From contig OZ316896.1 of assembly GCA_973895155.1 (NCBI GenBank), positions 21,841,622-21,905,621 on the forward strand: a stretch of DNA of 64,000 nucleotides. Direction: 5' to 3'. Within the stretch, counting starts at the first letter, position 1; every line of letters begins with the position of its first letter. The position numbers were made by a program, and so were the translations under genes. The notes under the pieces were generated by a model. The model was not told the origin of the DNA. It ran no database searches and saw only the letters and a program-made list of their open reading frames with translations. Origin of the DNA: Marsupella aquatica. Lineage: Eukaryota; Plantae; Marchantiophyta. Of the stretch, positions 12,448 through 23,599 are shown in pieces.

Positions 12448-13867
12448 CAACATAAATAGAGATGAAGACAAAACAATTTTGCAAAGAAAATTTCTACCAT
12501 ATGTCTCTTTGTTATTCGCCCTATCCCTATTTTTTGTTCACCCTCACTTTGTCCTTATCCAGAGTCCAGTTTTGTCTTTATTTCTTAATTCAGTTTTGTC
12601 TATATTTTGAGTTACAGTAGCCCTTGAAAGTAGCTTATGTTCGCAATTTATTAGTATGATAAGGGTGAACAGGGCACTCTAAGAGACCTTAGCGGCGATA
12701 CCCTTGAAATGAGTCTCACCAACTAATTTCTAACTTTTGGGGACTCCCTAAGTCAAGTGTGATATTTTGGGGTCCCACCAAGCAACTTTCAGTTTAATGA
12801 CAGTTTTTTTGGCATGTATTTTGAATCAAGTCTATGAAGAACATTCGTCTAATAAGATCCACTACTTACCTAATTAGGCACTAACCTTGAGTATCTTAAC
12901 CTTGAGTATATTTTGACAAAGTCAATGTTGCCTATATTATTCCCTGGGAGAACGCTGTTTTGTAGTTCTACAACTAAAGGTATAGAATCATAGACAGCTT
13001 GTATTATTAAAAAACACCAGTGAGAAGTTGAACCGACTCTAAACCAGGCAGAGTGAGGTGAGGGTTTAACAAGAGCAAAGGTGGGACCCTGATCTTTTGT
13101 CAGGAGGATACCCTAGTTGTAACCAGGTTTGCCATTGGTTATCACAAAATCTATACTATAATTTGCAATCAAACTCTACAAAAATGATTTACTCCATAGA
13201 GTGAACTGGTAGGCCATAGTTATGTGGTGACAATTATTTCAATGTCGACAAGTTTAGTAAGTGGGGTCGGGCATGGGATTCTGGGTACAACGAGCCTTTC
13301 CTTTGTATAAGCATAGGTTTTGGGGCTAGGTATTATTCAAATTCCTTTCATCAAGGTTAGAGATTCTACTTGTTGAAGGTTACCTAGGATCTGAACGATG
13401 GCCTAGCAGGTTGTCTGAAGTCTGGATAGACTGACAAGCTTAGATGGGCTTTATCAGAATGTCAAAATAGACTCAAATAGCTTTTTTCACACATTTTTAC
13501 TTGAATGTGCCCTATAAATATTTCCTGACCGTTTGCAGACTGTTTTCAATTGGTTTACTTGGTGTTCCAGAGCAGCATCAGTTGCCAATGCTCGACCAGG
13601 ACTTTTGGCCCTATGTGAATGTTTTAGAAGCAAGTTTACTGTTGCTATCACGCAGCGTATTCGAGGCATTATTTGTTGCAGAATGGTGTCCTAAGTACAA
13701 TCTTTGGCCAAAAAAAACAAGTAGTGCCTTTTGCTGCTCAGGCCCAAACTACTCAAGGTTTTCTCCCCAAAACTCCATAAAAAATTCAGTGAAACGTTTC
13801 CAGTGTAAGCCGGCTGATGATTTTTACGCAACCCATGGGAAAGGCAGGGACAATGTTTTGGTCTATC

Positions 13868-13979
13868 CAAGCTATGGTTTCCATCTAGCTATGGACAGAT
13901 CAAGAATAAGATTCACAAAAGATCCATCCAAGCTATAGTTTCCATCTAGCTATGGACGGATCAACAATAGGTTTCACAA
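13868..13979. repeat. 60-bp tandem duplication
   Basis: CCAAGCTATRGTTTCCATCTAGCTATGGACRGATCAA...TTCACAA occurs twice. Confidence 0.9.
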
Positions 13980-15200
13980 TCTTTTGAATCAAGCGTCATT
14001 TCACAACCTTGTCTTTTACTTATGGCAAAGTGTGACGGGGTTCCCGTCACCGAAAATCCTCAATAATTGTTTACTGGGTTGTGCCATGTAAATAACCATT
14101 GTAAATAAGCCGGTTTTTTTTTAATTTTCAAGTTAATTCCGTCCTTTCAAGTTGGTGCTGCCAGGAGGACTTTACTTTATTTCCTTCTCGGAATTGTTCT
14201 AAACGGTCACGGCAACCTAGAGGGGGGGCAAATAGGTGGCCTGGCCATTTTGCTTGAACCATTGTCAAGTTCCCCCTATAAGTCCAAGAGGTTAACTTTT
14301 CTTTTTGGGGTTAAATGGGTATAACCACAACAAGGGCCAAAAGAAGAGAAGGAGTTCTTTTGAGAGGTTAAAAGTTGTTGGAATAAAGGGGTCCATAAGG
14401 GGCAGCCCCTGTGGATGCCACCTGGCATCTCCATAAGGTCAGCCGGGGCACGGAGTTCAGCCGGGGCGAAGCGTGAAGAGAAGGAGGTGGGGGGGATTAA
14501 ACCCCTCTTAAGGAGCCCTCTTAATAGTGCCCCGCAAGTGAACGGAGGGAGGGAGCAAGCCCTGCATAGGGCCGCGAGCCCACCAGCAAAACCCGGGAAA
14601 AAGGAGTGGGCGGCCAAGGTAAGGATATGGGGCGCGAGCCGGGGCGAGGTGAGCCGGGGCAAAGCGAGCAGGGCGCGAGCAGCCGGGGCGAGCCGAAGCA
14701 AGCCAGGGCGCAGGCAGCCGAAGAAAGGAGGAAGGAGTCGGGGGGAGTATTAACTCTCCCATGAGTGGAGTTGGGGGTAGGGGGAATTTAATTCCCCATA
14801 CCATGCATGGGGCTGCGGGAGGAAACCGGGGCTTATGGAGGCCCAAGGGAGAGAGGTACGGGGGGGAGTAAATGCTCCCCGACTAGTGGGAGGCAGGTAC
14901 TGGGCACGGCGAGCGAGAAGCGGGGAACAAAGCGGCAGCCGCGTGTCGGCCTGCGCGCGCCCTGCATAGGGCCGCGAGCCGGGGCGTATGGTGTGAGGGG
15001 AGCCAGGAGAAAGAATAGTTGGGGAGGGTGAAGAAAGGGGTTTTCTCCCCTTTCCTTTGTATTCGTTTTTCTCCCTCCCTTCTCTTTGCGTGACTTCTTG
15101 CTCTGCCGAAAGCAATTTCTCTCATTGCCGAAAGCTCTCTCCACATTTTGCAATTATTTTAGAAGCTTTTTCTCATGGTCAATTGTTGGGGCTTGTTGGC

Positions 15201-15477
15201 ATGATTCTTCCGGGCATTAGCAGCAGTAGCACGGAGTGGCTTCTGAGGGAATTGAGGGTAATTGATTGATCGGGATACGGGGGCCGTTTTGGGCCAGGGA
15301 ATTGACATTGCTACGGGTGACGGGATTTGGTGATTGAGGATTTGATTTCTGGATGCATGGATGCTGGACCAACCGGAGTTTAGTGCGGCACGCGTTCGAA
15401 GATACAAGGCTGCTTACCGTGACTACGTTGAGACATTGATTGCAAGAGAGAGAGAGAAGAGAGAGAAGCTACGATGA
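15201..15477 (+). pseudogene. Decayed small ORF (~90 aa) within the solo-LTR-like element
   Basis: MILPGISSSSTEWLLRELRVID[4-bp TGAT duplication]RDTGAVLGQGIDIATGDGIW*LRI*FLDAWMLDQPEFSAARVRRYKAAYRDYVETLIAREREKREKLR*. The two internal TGA stops fit CGA>TGA decay. Its stop overlaps the next ATG (ATGA at 15474-15477). Confidence 0.45.
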
Positions 15478-17198
15478 GTACTGGACCGGCGGCAAGTTCC
15501 GCACCGGTGAGTAGGAAGGTTTTCCGTCGAATTTATCCCAAAACCTCCGCCAAGGTGATGGAGGATTGTAGGAATTTTTTCAAGCCATCGGGCTCACGGA
15601 GTTCATGAAGGTGGAGATTACAATCCCTTCGGGGAAGAGTTGGAACATTGAGGCCGGGATGGAGTTACGTACGGAAGGAATCTACTTTGAATGTCTCCAA
15701 CGGGTAGTGCCCCATGTGGAGTTAGCTAAGCTTCTGTTTCTAGAGAACCAACAATTCTCATTCACCCCTCGGAACATAAGGGGAGAACTCACGTTGACAA
15801 TGGTGGTCGGTTGGGTGATTAATCCCACCTCCACTACTTTCATTCCTCTTTCCGCCGTCAAGGATGCTGAGCACAAGGGATTTCTGGCCAAGGTTCATCA
15901 ACGGGTCTTTGGTAACGTGCAATCCGGGGTGGTGAATGGAGAGCATTTCGTGGTAGCTATGGACATCAAGAACTACCCAGCCCATGTGTACGGATGGTGG
16001 TACTACGGGTTGAAGAAGCTATTGGACGCCGATCCCGGGAGTGTGAAACCAGATGGGGCTGTACATTTGATGGGGTCATTTTTGCTGGCCAGAGCAGAAG
16101 GGTGGATTGTTTCCCCGGGACAGGAAGACTCTGGATCATCCCTGACCACGGAAATTAGGAGTATTGCCACTACCATCGTGGGGAAACTAACGGAGGGATC
16201 ATCGTCGGCGGTTGGGGATGATAATAGAGAGGAAGAAAACCAGGATGAAGAGTGGCTTGAATCACTTGTGGGAGATCCGGAGTAGCCCTGGTCTACGACA
16301 TTCCTGATGTCTACCTGGCGGAGTTACGGGATTTCCGGGAGGGAGTCCATGAGGGACTCAAGCTAGTCCATGCATTGAGAGATTCTCTCAAGCAGGCCAC
16401 CGCTAGAGTAGAGACTTTGGAGCAAAGTGCCCTGTCTATGAAGGAGGTGATCAAGGCCAAGGAGGAGGCCATTCATGAGAAGGTTAAGCTTCTCCAAGCA
16501 GCTCACGTAGAGATCTCCAACGTAAAGGGAGCCTTGTCCACCAAGGCCAAGGAAGCGGAAGAGGTTGGAGTATTGAAACAGGCATTGGCCAAAGAGAAGC
16601 AGAATTCTGGAGAAGTGGTGGAGTTAAGAGCCCAGGTGGGAGCACTACGGAGTCAAATGGTGATCTTTGAGACAAGGGCTAAGAGGAGTGAGGCCGTCTA
16701 GGGAAACGGAAGAGCCCCTGCACACCTAGCTCCACACTTTCCCTGAATTTGATCTCCAGGGCCATTGAGATGGTGGTGAAGGAAGTCAGTGGGAAGTATG
16801 GACCCCTCTTGGATGCAGCCAAGAAGAGTCAAGAGAAAAGCAAGAGCTTAGAGAAGAAGCTCAGGGAGGTACGTAAATCGTTACGAGAAGCTCAGGTCAA
16901 CACGGGGATGCCACCCTGATCTGTCACCCCTGGGACTCCCATGGCCACCGGGCAGGTTTTACCGTTGGAGTTGCGGTTCGGTGAAGAGGCGGCCTTGTGG
17001 AAGGACACCATTGGTGAGGGGTACATCAAGGCGTGGCAGGCCTTGGCCAGTTTGAGGAAGTAGGGGAGCACTAGCACAAGGAGTACCCCCGTGAAAAAGA
17101 AGAGGAGTGAAGTGGCATTCACTCCAGTGGAGAGTGATGAGGAGGCCCACTCACGGGGCTCAAGCCAGGGCACCGTGAGTGAAGAGGAGGAGGATTAG
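15474..17198 (+). pseudogene. Decayed ~570-codon orphan ORF with a coiled-coil region and acidic tail
   Basis: ATG at 15474 joins the 226-aa ORF (15605-16285) if one T is restored in the T-run at ~15575-15580. Frameshifts near 16275 and 16695 link the heptad-rich 16375-16701 segment (LKQATARVETLEQSALSMKEVIKAKEE) and a downstream segment ending ...VKKKRSEVAFTPVESDEEAHSRGSSQGTVSEEEED* at 17198. Confidence 0.6.
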
Positions 17199-18722
17199 AG
17201 TGGTCGTACGGACGTGGTTGTACGGCCCCTTGACTTTCCAACTTTTTTGTGAGGGGTCACTCACGGGCTTGTTGGAAAGAGCTCGCGGAGCTGATTCCAA
17301 CAAGAGGTGGCGCTCCTCAAATGGAGCCAAGATGAGCAAGTTAGGGCCCGACGAAGTTGGGTTTACGGGATACTAAAACGGCCATAACTTGGTCGTCCGA
17401 TGTCCGTCAAGAGCGGTTGAGTGATTAATGATCAGGAGGAGGAGGGCTATCCAAGGGTGAACTCAGAAGTGCAAGTGGAAGGGCACCTAGTTTCGGCCAT
17501 TGTGGGGTTCCTTGCAATTTCACGGTTCACGGAGTAATGTTGGGGCGCCGTCGAAGACACCGTCGGCCCCATTGTTAGTTTTGGGTTTAGGGTTTTAGAA
17601 GCATGTGTGTGCCGCATGCTTTTAGTTTAGGGGTTTCTTGGTGAAGGGTTTAGCGGCGCCGCTAGGGTAGCCGCCATCCTTGTGACCCCGTGAGGGGTGC
17701 TTTGGTGTGTTGTTTTGAGTATTTAGGGGGAGAGCCCCGAAGTAGTGAGGGGGGAACTCAGTCTAGTGTTGGTGTTAGGGAAGTTAACTCATAGCCAGAA
17801 GGGGAATTCGAGCCAAAGTAGTGAGGTAGAGGTGTAGCGCTTGCCCCAGTGAGGCAGGAGTTGGGCAGACGGCAGGAGGCCGGGTTGTCCTTGCAATGTG
17901 TTACCACTTTTTGCCAAAAGATATGGATTTGGTTTGATTCCTCAAGTTTTGGTGTGGCGTTATCTTTTCCGGCTCACGATTGTGTTCTTTCCCAAGAAGC
18001 GTCTAAGGAATACTTGCACGGATTGGTCGACCATGTGAGTAGGGGGTGGTGATAGCACTCCACCAACGACCAGTAAGAGTGTGTGTGTGTGGGGCGTAGT
18101 CCATGGGACTTGATCAAAAGCAGCGGGACTAGTCGGTAGACTTGATCACAAACTACATTTCCGGGAGCGAAAATAAACATACTCATCCTACATGCAATAG
18201 AATCCTAATAGCGTCCCTCCACGTTCTCGTCATACGATAACAAACGATTTTAGTAGGAGTAAATACGTATTTGTCGTGTAAATCGTTTGATAAGCAGGTG
18301 ACACAAAGTAAGTACCTCCCCTGCCAACTCCATAACTAGTCATACCCCCCAAAACTCAGTCAATTTCTTTTAAAACCTTCTAAGCGGGAATTAATAGTAC
18401 CAATACATGCCAAGATAAACCCTTTCAAATCAACATACTATGCCAAAGATCTGGCTCTACAACAATATAGGCACTTCAAAATCAAGTTCAAGGGATTGTA
18501 GATTGTGAAAGGGTAATTCTGTTTTGTGACAGCAGAGAAGAGACCACTACATTGCTGAATTTGTTATGTTATTTTTCCTTGAAAGAATCTTTTTATTTTA
18601 AATGAAAAACTATGTAAACCCCATGGATGAGGGGAAACAAGCAACACAAAGCCGCAGCCACGAAGGACAATGGCCATAGGGTAGCCAGATTGAAAAGAAA
18701 TGTAAAAACAAGAGAACGCACT

Positions 18723-19001
18723 GGGTAGTGTCATTTCCACAAAACTGACACATCATGTGCGATGAAAAATAGGGTCATTTTATTGATTCTAAAGGAATAC
18801 TTGAGAATTTTCTCAGAAAGGAAATAAGGTCTCTTTAATCCAATTTCTGAACTTATAAGAACATTGGAGCTTTTCATCCAATGTTGGGAATGTTCCAAAA
18901 TACTCCAACTTTATAAGGGTTAAAAAAATTCTTACATTTTAGAGGGTCCAAGGCCTAAAAATGCTGCAGGTGATGAGGAGGCCTCCACATAGTGAGGCCC
19001 C
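18723..19001 (+). mobile_element. MITE family A, copy 1 (left TIR eroded)
   Basis: Colinear with 36188-36481 (ACACATCATGTGC...TAGGGTCATT...ACTTATAAGAACATT...TTCTTACATTTT...AGGCCTCCA...GTGAGRCCCC). Confidence 0.75.
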
Positions 19002-21879
19002 TGAGAGAACACACCAACATTCTCACCATACCTAACAGAGCCCCCCAACCACATAAAAGGAATCAAAGTCTAAGCCAAACCAAAGACATAAGCCCCCAAA
19101 ACCCCAGGAACCCACCAGAACCACACTAGGCCATATTAACGGCAAAGCAAGTGGCAAAGTAACCCAAAGTTCACAATCCCAACTAGGGCCACACCAGGCC
19201 ACACTAGCAAGACAAACACTAACACCAGGTGCTAGGCATTTACTTTTAGGTCCAGAGTTATGAGTGTAACCATAATTAGGGCTAAACTTAGTCAGAGACT
19301 TGGTTAGGTGAGTCATGTTGCACACTATATCCCAAGCAATGTTTGCTTGGATAGGAAGAATTTAGGCTCATTGTTACGGAGCCAGTGGAGACATATAGAA
19401 ATTGTATTGCGGAGACTCGATATGGTTATAAAGCTCTTGTGTGTTCATGCGGAGGTAGCCTTGGCTGAGGTGACCACGTATCTCTTTGTGTCAACTACTT
19501 GTACATTGGAAGATCATGGGCATCCAATGCACAAGTAGTCATTTTGAATGTCATCTTTGCTCAACACCAGGCACCAATAAGACAACCAAGGGTCACGGAA
19601 GACTTCATTGGCAGTACCACCAAACCCTTATATCAATCCTCGTTGCACATCTAGTATCCACAACATGCAACCTAGGCTAAAAATGGGCAAGAAACCCCAA
19701 AGCCACCTACTTACCATCCCCCCTCAATTGTTGTGGGATACAATACCGTTTGTGTGCTTCCTTCCCATAAAGCAAAGCATCTCTAACCGCGTCTCTAACA
19801 AATGCCACCAAGCCAAACTGAGCAGGGTTGTGCCTCCACATTCTCCCAGTGAATACTAAAGTAGACAGTATAACATATCGGCACATCCTCTTCTTAGAAT
19901 TGTAAGTGCTCGATTCTCTTTCCTTTTTGGCTTCCAGCCAAAATAATATCAGCAAGTTTCATCCCAGATTCCCTGTTCATCATCACATTGCCAGCCGCAA
20001 ACAATCCTCCCTGATCATCTAAACACTTGCACATCCCCTGCTGGGGTGCACCTAACAACATTTGACCACCGCTGCACGCCAAAGCAAAGTAGATGAGCCA
20101 CTTCAGCACCAAAGGCAGAAGAGCCACTGCACCGCACCACCAAAGCATAGCAGAAACCCGATCAAGGCATTAAACCCAATCAAGGCATAGAATTGGTGTG
20201 ATACAGCAAGTAAATTTGACAAAGCAGAGGGGTTAGTAATAATGAAAGGCTTTCCTAGGATCATTTTACATTTTACATTTCATATTTTCCTCTTTTGCTT
20301 CCTTCTTAGTTCTACAATTCCCAAGTAACTATAGGGCTATTAGTCTATAATTATATAATGGCAATCAATAGCTACAGATTGGGCCTATTGTCTCAGTGAG
20401 GCCTCTAGATAGTGACTCTAAGGGCCATCGATCTTGGGCATGTGAAGGGTCCTCAAAGTGATGGCAACTTTGACTGAGCGAGACTTTCACCCTCTTGAGG
20501 TAGTCCTTATGGAAAAGTGAGAGAGGAGTTTGAAGGGCAATAGACAGACCCTTTCCGGCCCTTGACCGAGCTCTTGACATCCCAACCTCTCAATTCTGAA
20601 TGACACAAAACTTGACAGGTTACACCTGTAGTTAAATTCTCCTGTCTTTGTATTTTCCATGTAGTTGCTTGCTCCACTCCTGGTAGTCACCCACCTGCTC
20701 CTGTACTCACCCTGCAAATTGCCCTTGCCTGCATGTGTTGACAAGTGCGCTCTATCTGCTTCTGTCACTTTACAGCTCTTGCTCTCCACAGAATTTCAAC
20801 TTGTGGAAATCTGCTTTAGGGTATTGTAAACATTGAACTTCAAGCAGGTCTGTTTTGGCTCCACATGGAAGGTTTCATGAGCTACAAATTTGCAAGCAGA
20901 GCACCAACAGTGCAGCATATGAAATCACTGCCAAAATTAGTTGCTCCCAAGGATTCAAAAGCATTCACTGCCAAGAATTACCCAAGCTGGCCACAGGTAC
21001 TTGGGTAAAGTGACTTTCAAAGCTATCCTTGTTGTTTGAGTTTGTTTCAATGTATATGGAGATTTGTTCATGCCAGATATAATTTGCCCAAGGGCCCTTG
21101 TTCACAATTTCCCCAGAGAAATTTTATCAAGATGGACAGTGGTGTCAAAACAATAACAAATTGTCATTCACTTAGTATGGCTATGGTAGGAATTACAATT
21201 GATCAAAATCCAGCCAAATTAGATGTTCCTTAGTCATAGAAAATCTCAGTTGTGCCCCCCGTTGTGCCATGAGAGATGGCGACAAGTTGCCAATTTTCTT
21301 TTTTGGTAACAGAAATTCAAGCAGCAATTACCAAATCAGCACCTTCAAATGATTGTGGTCCTCAGGGTGGTGTCTGAATTAGCAGGCGCTCCCTTTTCCC
21401 ACAATTCTCAATTACCTTCATGAGGGCATTCCTTCAGATTTGATCAAAAGGGTCAATTGACATCACCGACTCAACTTTGCATGCAAAGAATAAGGCTCAC
21501 AGTATTGGACTGGTTGGACCACTTTGTAAATCAGTTATCCACTTAGAATTCCTTTTGCAATAGAAAGTGAGGGTCTATTGTCTGGAGTGAAGCCTCTAGA
21601 CCATGACCACAAGGACAAATTTTAAGTATAGTGCAAACAAAAAACAGAGAGAGGGGTAGACCATGACTCTATGGGCATAACTGAAAGTGAGGATGCAAAC
21701 AGAAAAAGAGGGATTTGGGCAAAGATGAATGGGAAATAGTAAGGAAGTTTTTTTGGTGATGTAATTGATTGGTTATCAAGTTAGTTCCAGTTAAAAATGT
21801 GGTGCCTATCATAATGCCACCACCCTCCCCCCCCCCCCCACCCCTACCCCCAAAAAAAGTCACAACCATTCATGTCGGA

Positions 21880-22505
21880 CTTCAATTTACATGAACTTGG
21901 GGGCACAATCTCGCAAAACCATTTCCAGAGCTAGTCATCTGGTGGTGGGCCCCTTTATGTTGCTGATGTATACATGATTTTTTGTCAGCAACTTACCGCC
22001 TCTTGAGGTGGTCTAAAAGAATGGAGCAAGCAGCCCCTCTTCTATTCAGGGTATTGCATTTATTATTCCCAGACCTTACACATTTTGACTCAGACATTTG
22101 AACTTTACGGTGGCTTTACAAGAACTTGGGGGCAGCTATTCTTTTTTCTAAGTGAATTTTTCTAAAGTGAGAGATGCAGTCCTAGCCACTCATATGTGGG
22201 AACTGGCCACACTTCACTTTACATGAACTTGGGGGCACAATCAAGCAAAAACATTACCAAACCTAGTCCTCTATTTTGCTGATGTGTGCAAAAGTTTTTG
22301 TCAACAACTTATTAGACCTCCTCTTGAGGTGATCTTAAAACCTGGAGCAAACGTCTGCTTCTTCTCAGGGAACTGCATTGATTACTTCCAGACCTGACAC
22401 ATTTTGGTTCACGCATTTTAACTTTTGTGTAAGGGAATGGCCATCAACTTTGCTTTGGATGGAATGACACTGAACTGCCGCCACCATGTTGTAAAGCCCC
22501 CTTAG
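21880..22505. repeat. Dispersed repeat family B, two adjacent copies (~21880-22110 and ~22213-22505)
   Basis: TTACATGAACTTGGGGGCACAATC...CCTCTTGAGGTG...CCAGACCT(T/G)ACACATTTTG...CATTT(G)AACTTT is repeated; a third copy lies at ~40650-40922. Confidence 0.85.
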
Positions 22506-23004
22506 TTTAGGGAACTGGCTCCCGTCGGTGCTTGGGATGGAGAGACAATGAACACCCCCACCATCTTGTAAAACCCCCCTAGAATCTACTAGGATAGCCA
22601 GTCTTGACTACCATACCTCATTTGCAAAGAATCTGCATGTAGTTGAATTGCTTTCAAATCCAAGAAGAGAGACTTTTTCGCCACAACCATTATTAAGATG
22701 TGAACCTATGTAAAGTCAGGGTGAAGATTCTTTGGCATCTACGTTTTACTTTCTATTTTTGTGTGATCCCTCCCTTATGAATATTGGGGGTTTGTCTTAT
22801 GTACAATACTGTTCTGGAGTTTTCCTGCTTTGATCTGATTTCGAGCTTTAGGAAAATAAAAAAAACACTTCTTTCTAATTCGAGCTTCTCGCCATTCCAA
22901 CAAAACAAAAGGATGTTCAGGACATCCGCGACAAACAAACTAAACCCAAACAACCACTGTAGCATCCTATCTCATATTAATGATCAATTAACTCAGCCTC
23001 CACA

Positions 23005-23525
23005 TCTGAGCCGTTGGTATCCTGCATCGATGGTCACCATGAGACTACTGGGGCGTCATAATGGCGACCGAGTACAGCTGCGCATGACAGTCATCACCAT
23101 TACGGCTGCACGATACCATCATACAAGGTACATACATTAGGCAGTGGTCCCGTATTATAATCTGTAGTGGTTCGTATCCCACCGGCTATAAGCCGCAACT
23201 CCGCAAGGGTCTGGAGCGTCGACCGGGGTCCGGGACTCCGGGCTTCACCAGTTCGCCGGTGGGAAGGTGGAGTGCGGTAGTGCGGTACAATGGTAGTTTC
23301 GGGATCGTGGGAGGGCTGTCCCTAGGGAGAGCCCGGTCAAGCGCCTGACCAGCGGGTGTCGGTACCAGCCGGCGACTGACCGAAGTTAGTTTTGCCACAG
23401 TCGAGTTAGTGTTGTCATGACCTGACTGGTGCAGACTGCCATAATAATTCGTGGCGTGGGAATGTGAACTCGGACACAGTGGTGGTACATAGTACATGAG
23501 AGTATGACAGCACGCCCATTCCATT
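23005..23525 (+). ncRNA. Candidate structured non-coding RNA or young SINE-like element, family unrecognised
   Basis: GC/CpG-rich island with many complementary segments (e.g. TCCCACCGGC 23177-23186 / GCCGGTGGGA 23255-23264), a B-box-like GGTTCGTATCC at 23169-23179 and downstream T-runs. Strand is tentative. Confidence 0.3.
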
Positions 23526-23599
23526 TTACCGTTTTTAATTTTGTGCCCTAAATTTTGTTCTCCTGAATCGGTCAAAATTCTTGACTTGTGGCTTAAATA

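Larger units (their letters stand above)
14031..18303 (+). mobile_element. 4,273-bp solo-LTR-like element (probably Ty3/gypsy-derived) carrying internal orphan ORFs
   Basis: Termini TGTGAC...GTGACA flanked by a perfect 5-bp TSD CAAAG (14026-14030 and 18304-18308). GC and CpG content are abruptly higher than in the flanks. No PBS/PPT outside the ends; no RT, integrase or transposase motif recognised inside. Orientation is inferred from the internal ORFs. Confidence 0.8.

Noticed and set aside
14276-15153. Several overlapping 100-140-aa ORFs
   Set aside because: Low-complexity products of the GC-rich repeat block of the LTR-like element.
19000-21600. Short ORFs in CpG-depleted DNA
   Set aside because: Probably old TE debris, but no diagnostic motif could be read, so left unannotated.
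23005-23525. Telomerase RNA, SRP RNA, RNase MRP, snRNA or tRNA identity for the structured island
   Set aside because: No CTAAACCCT-type template, no SRP helix-8 or MRP GAAAGTCCCC motif, no snRNA 5' signature, no correctly spaced USE-TATA pair and no cloverleaf found by eye.
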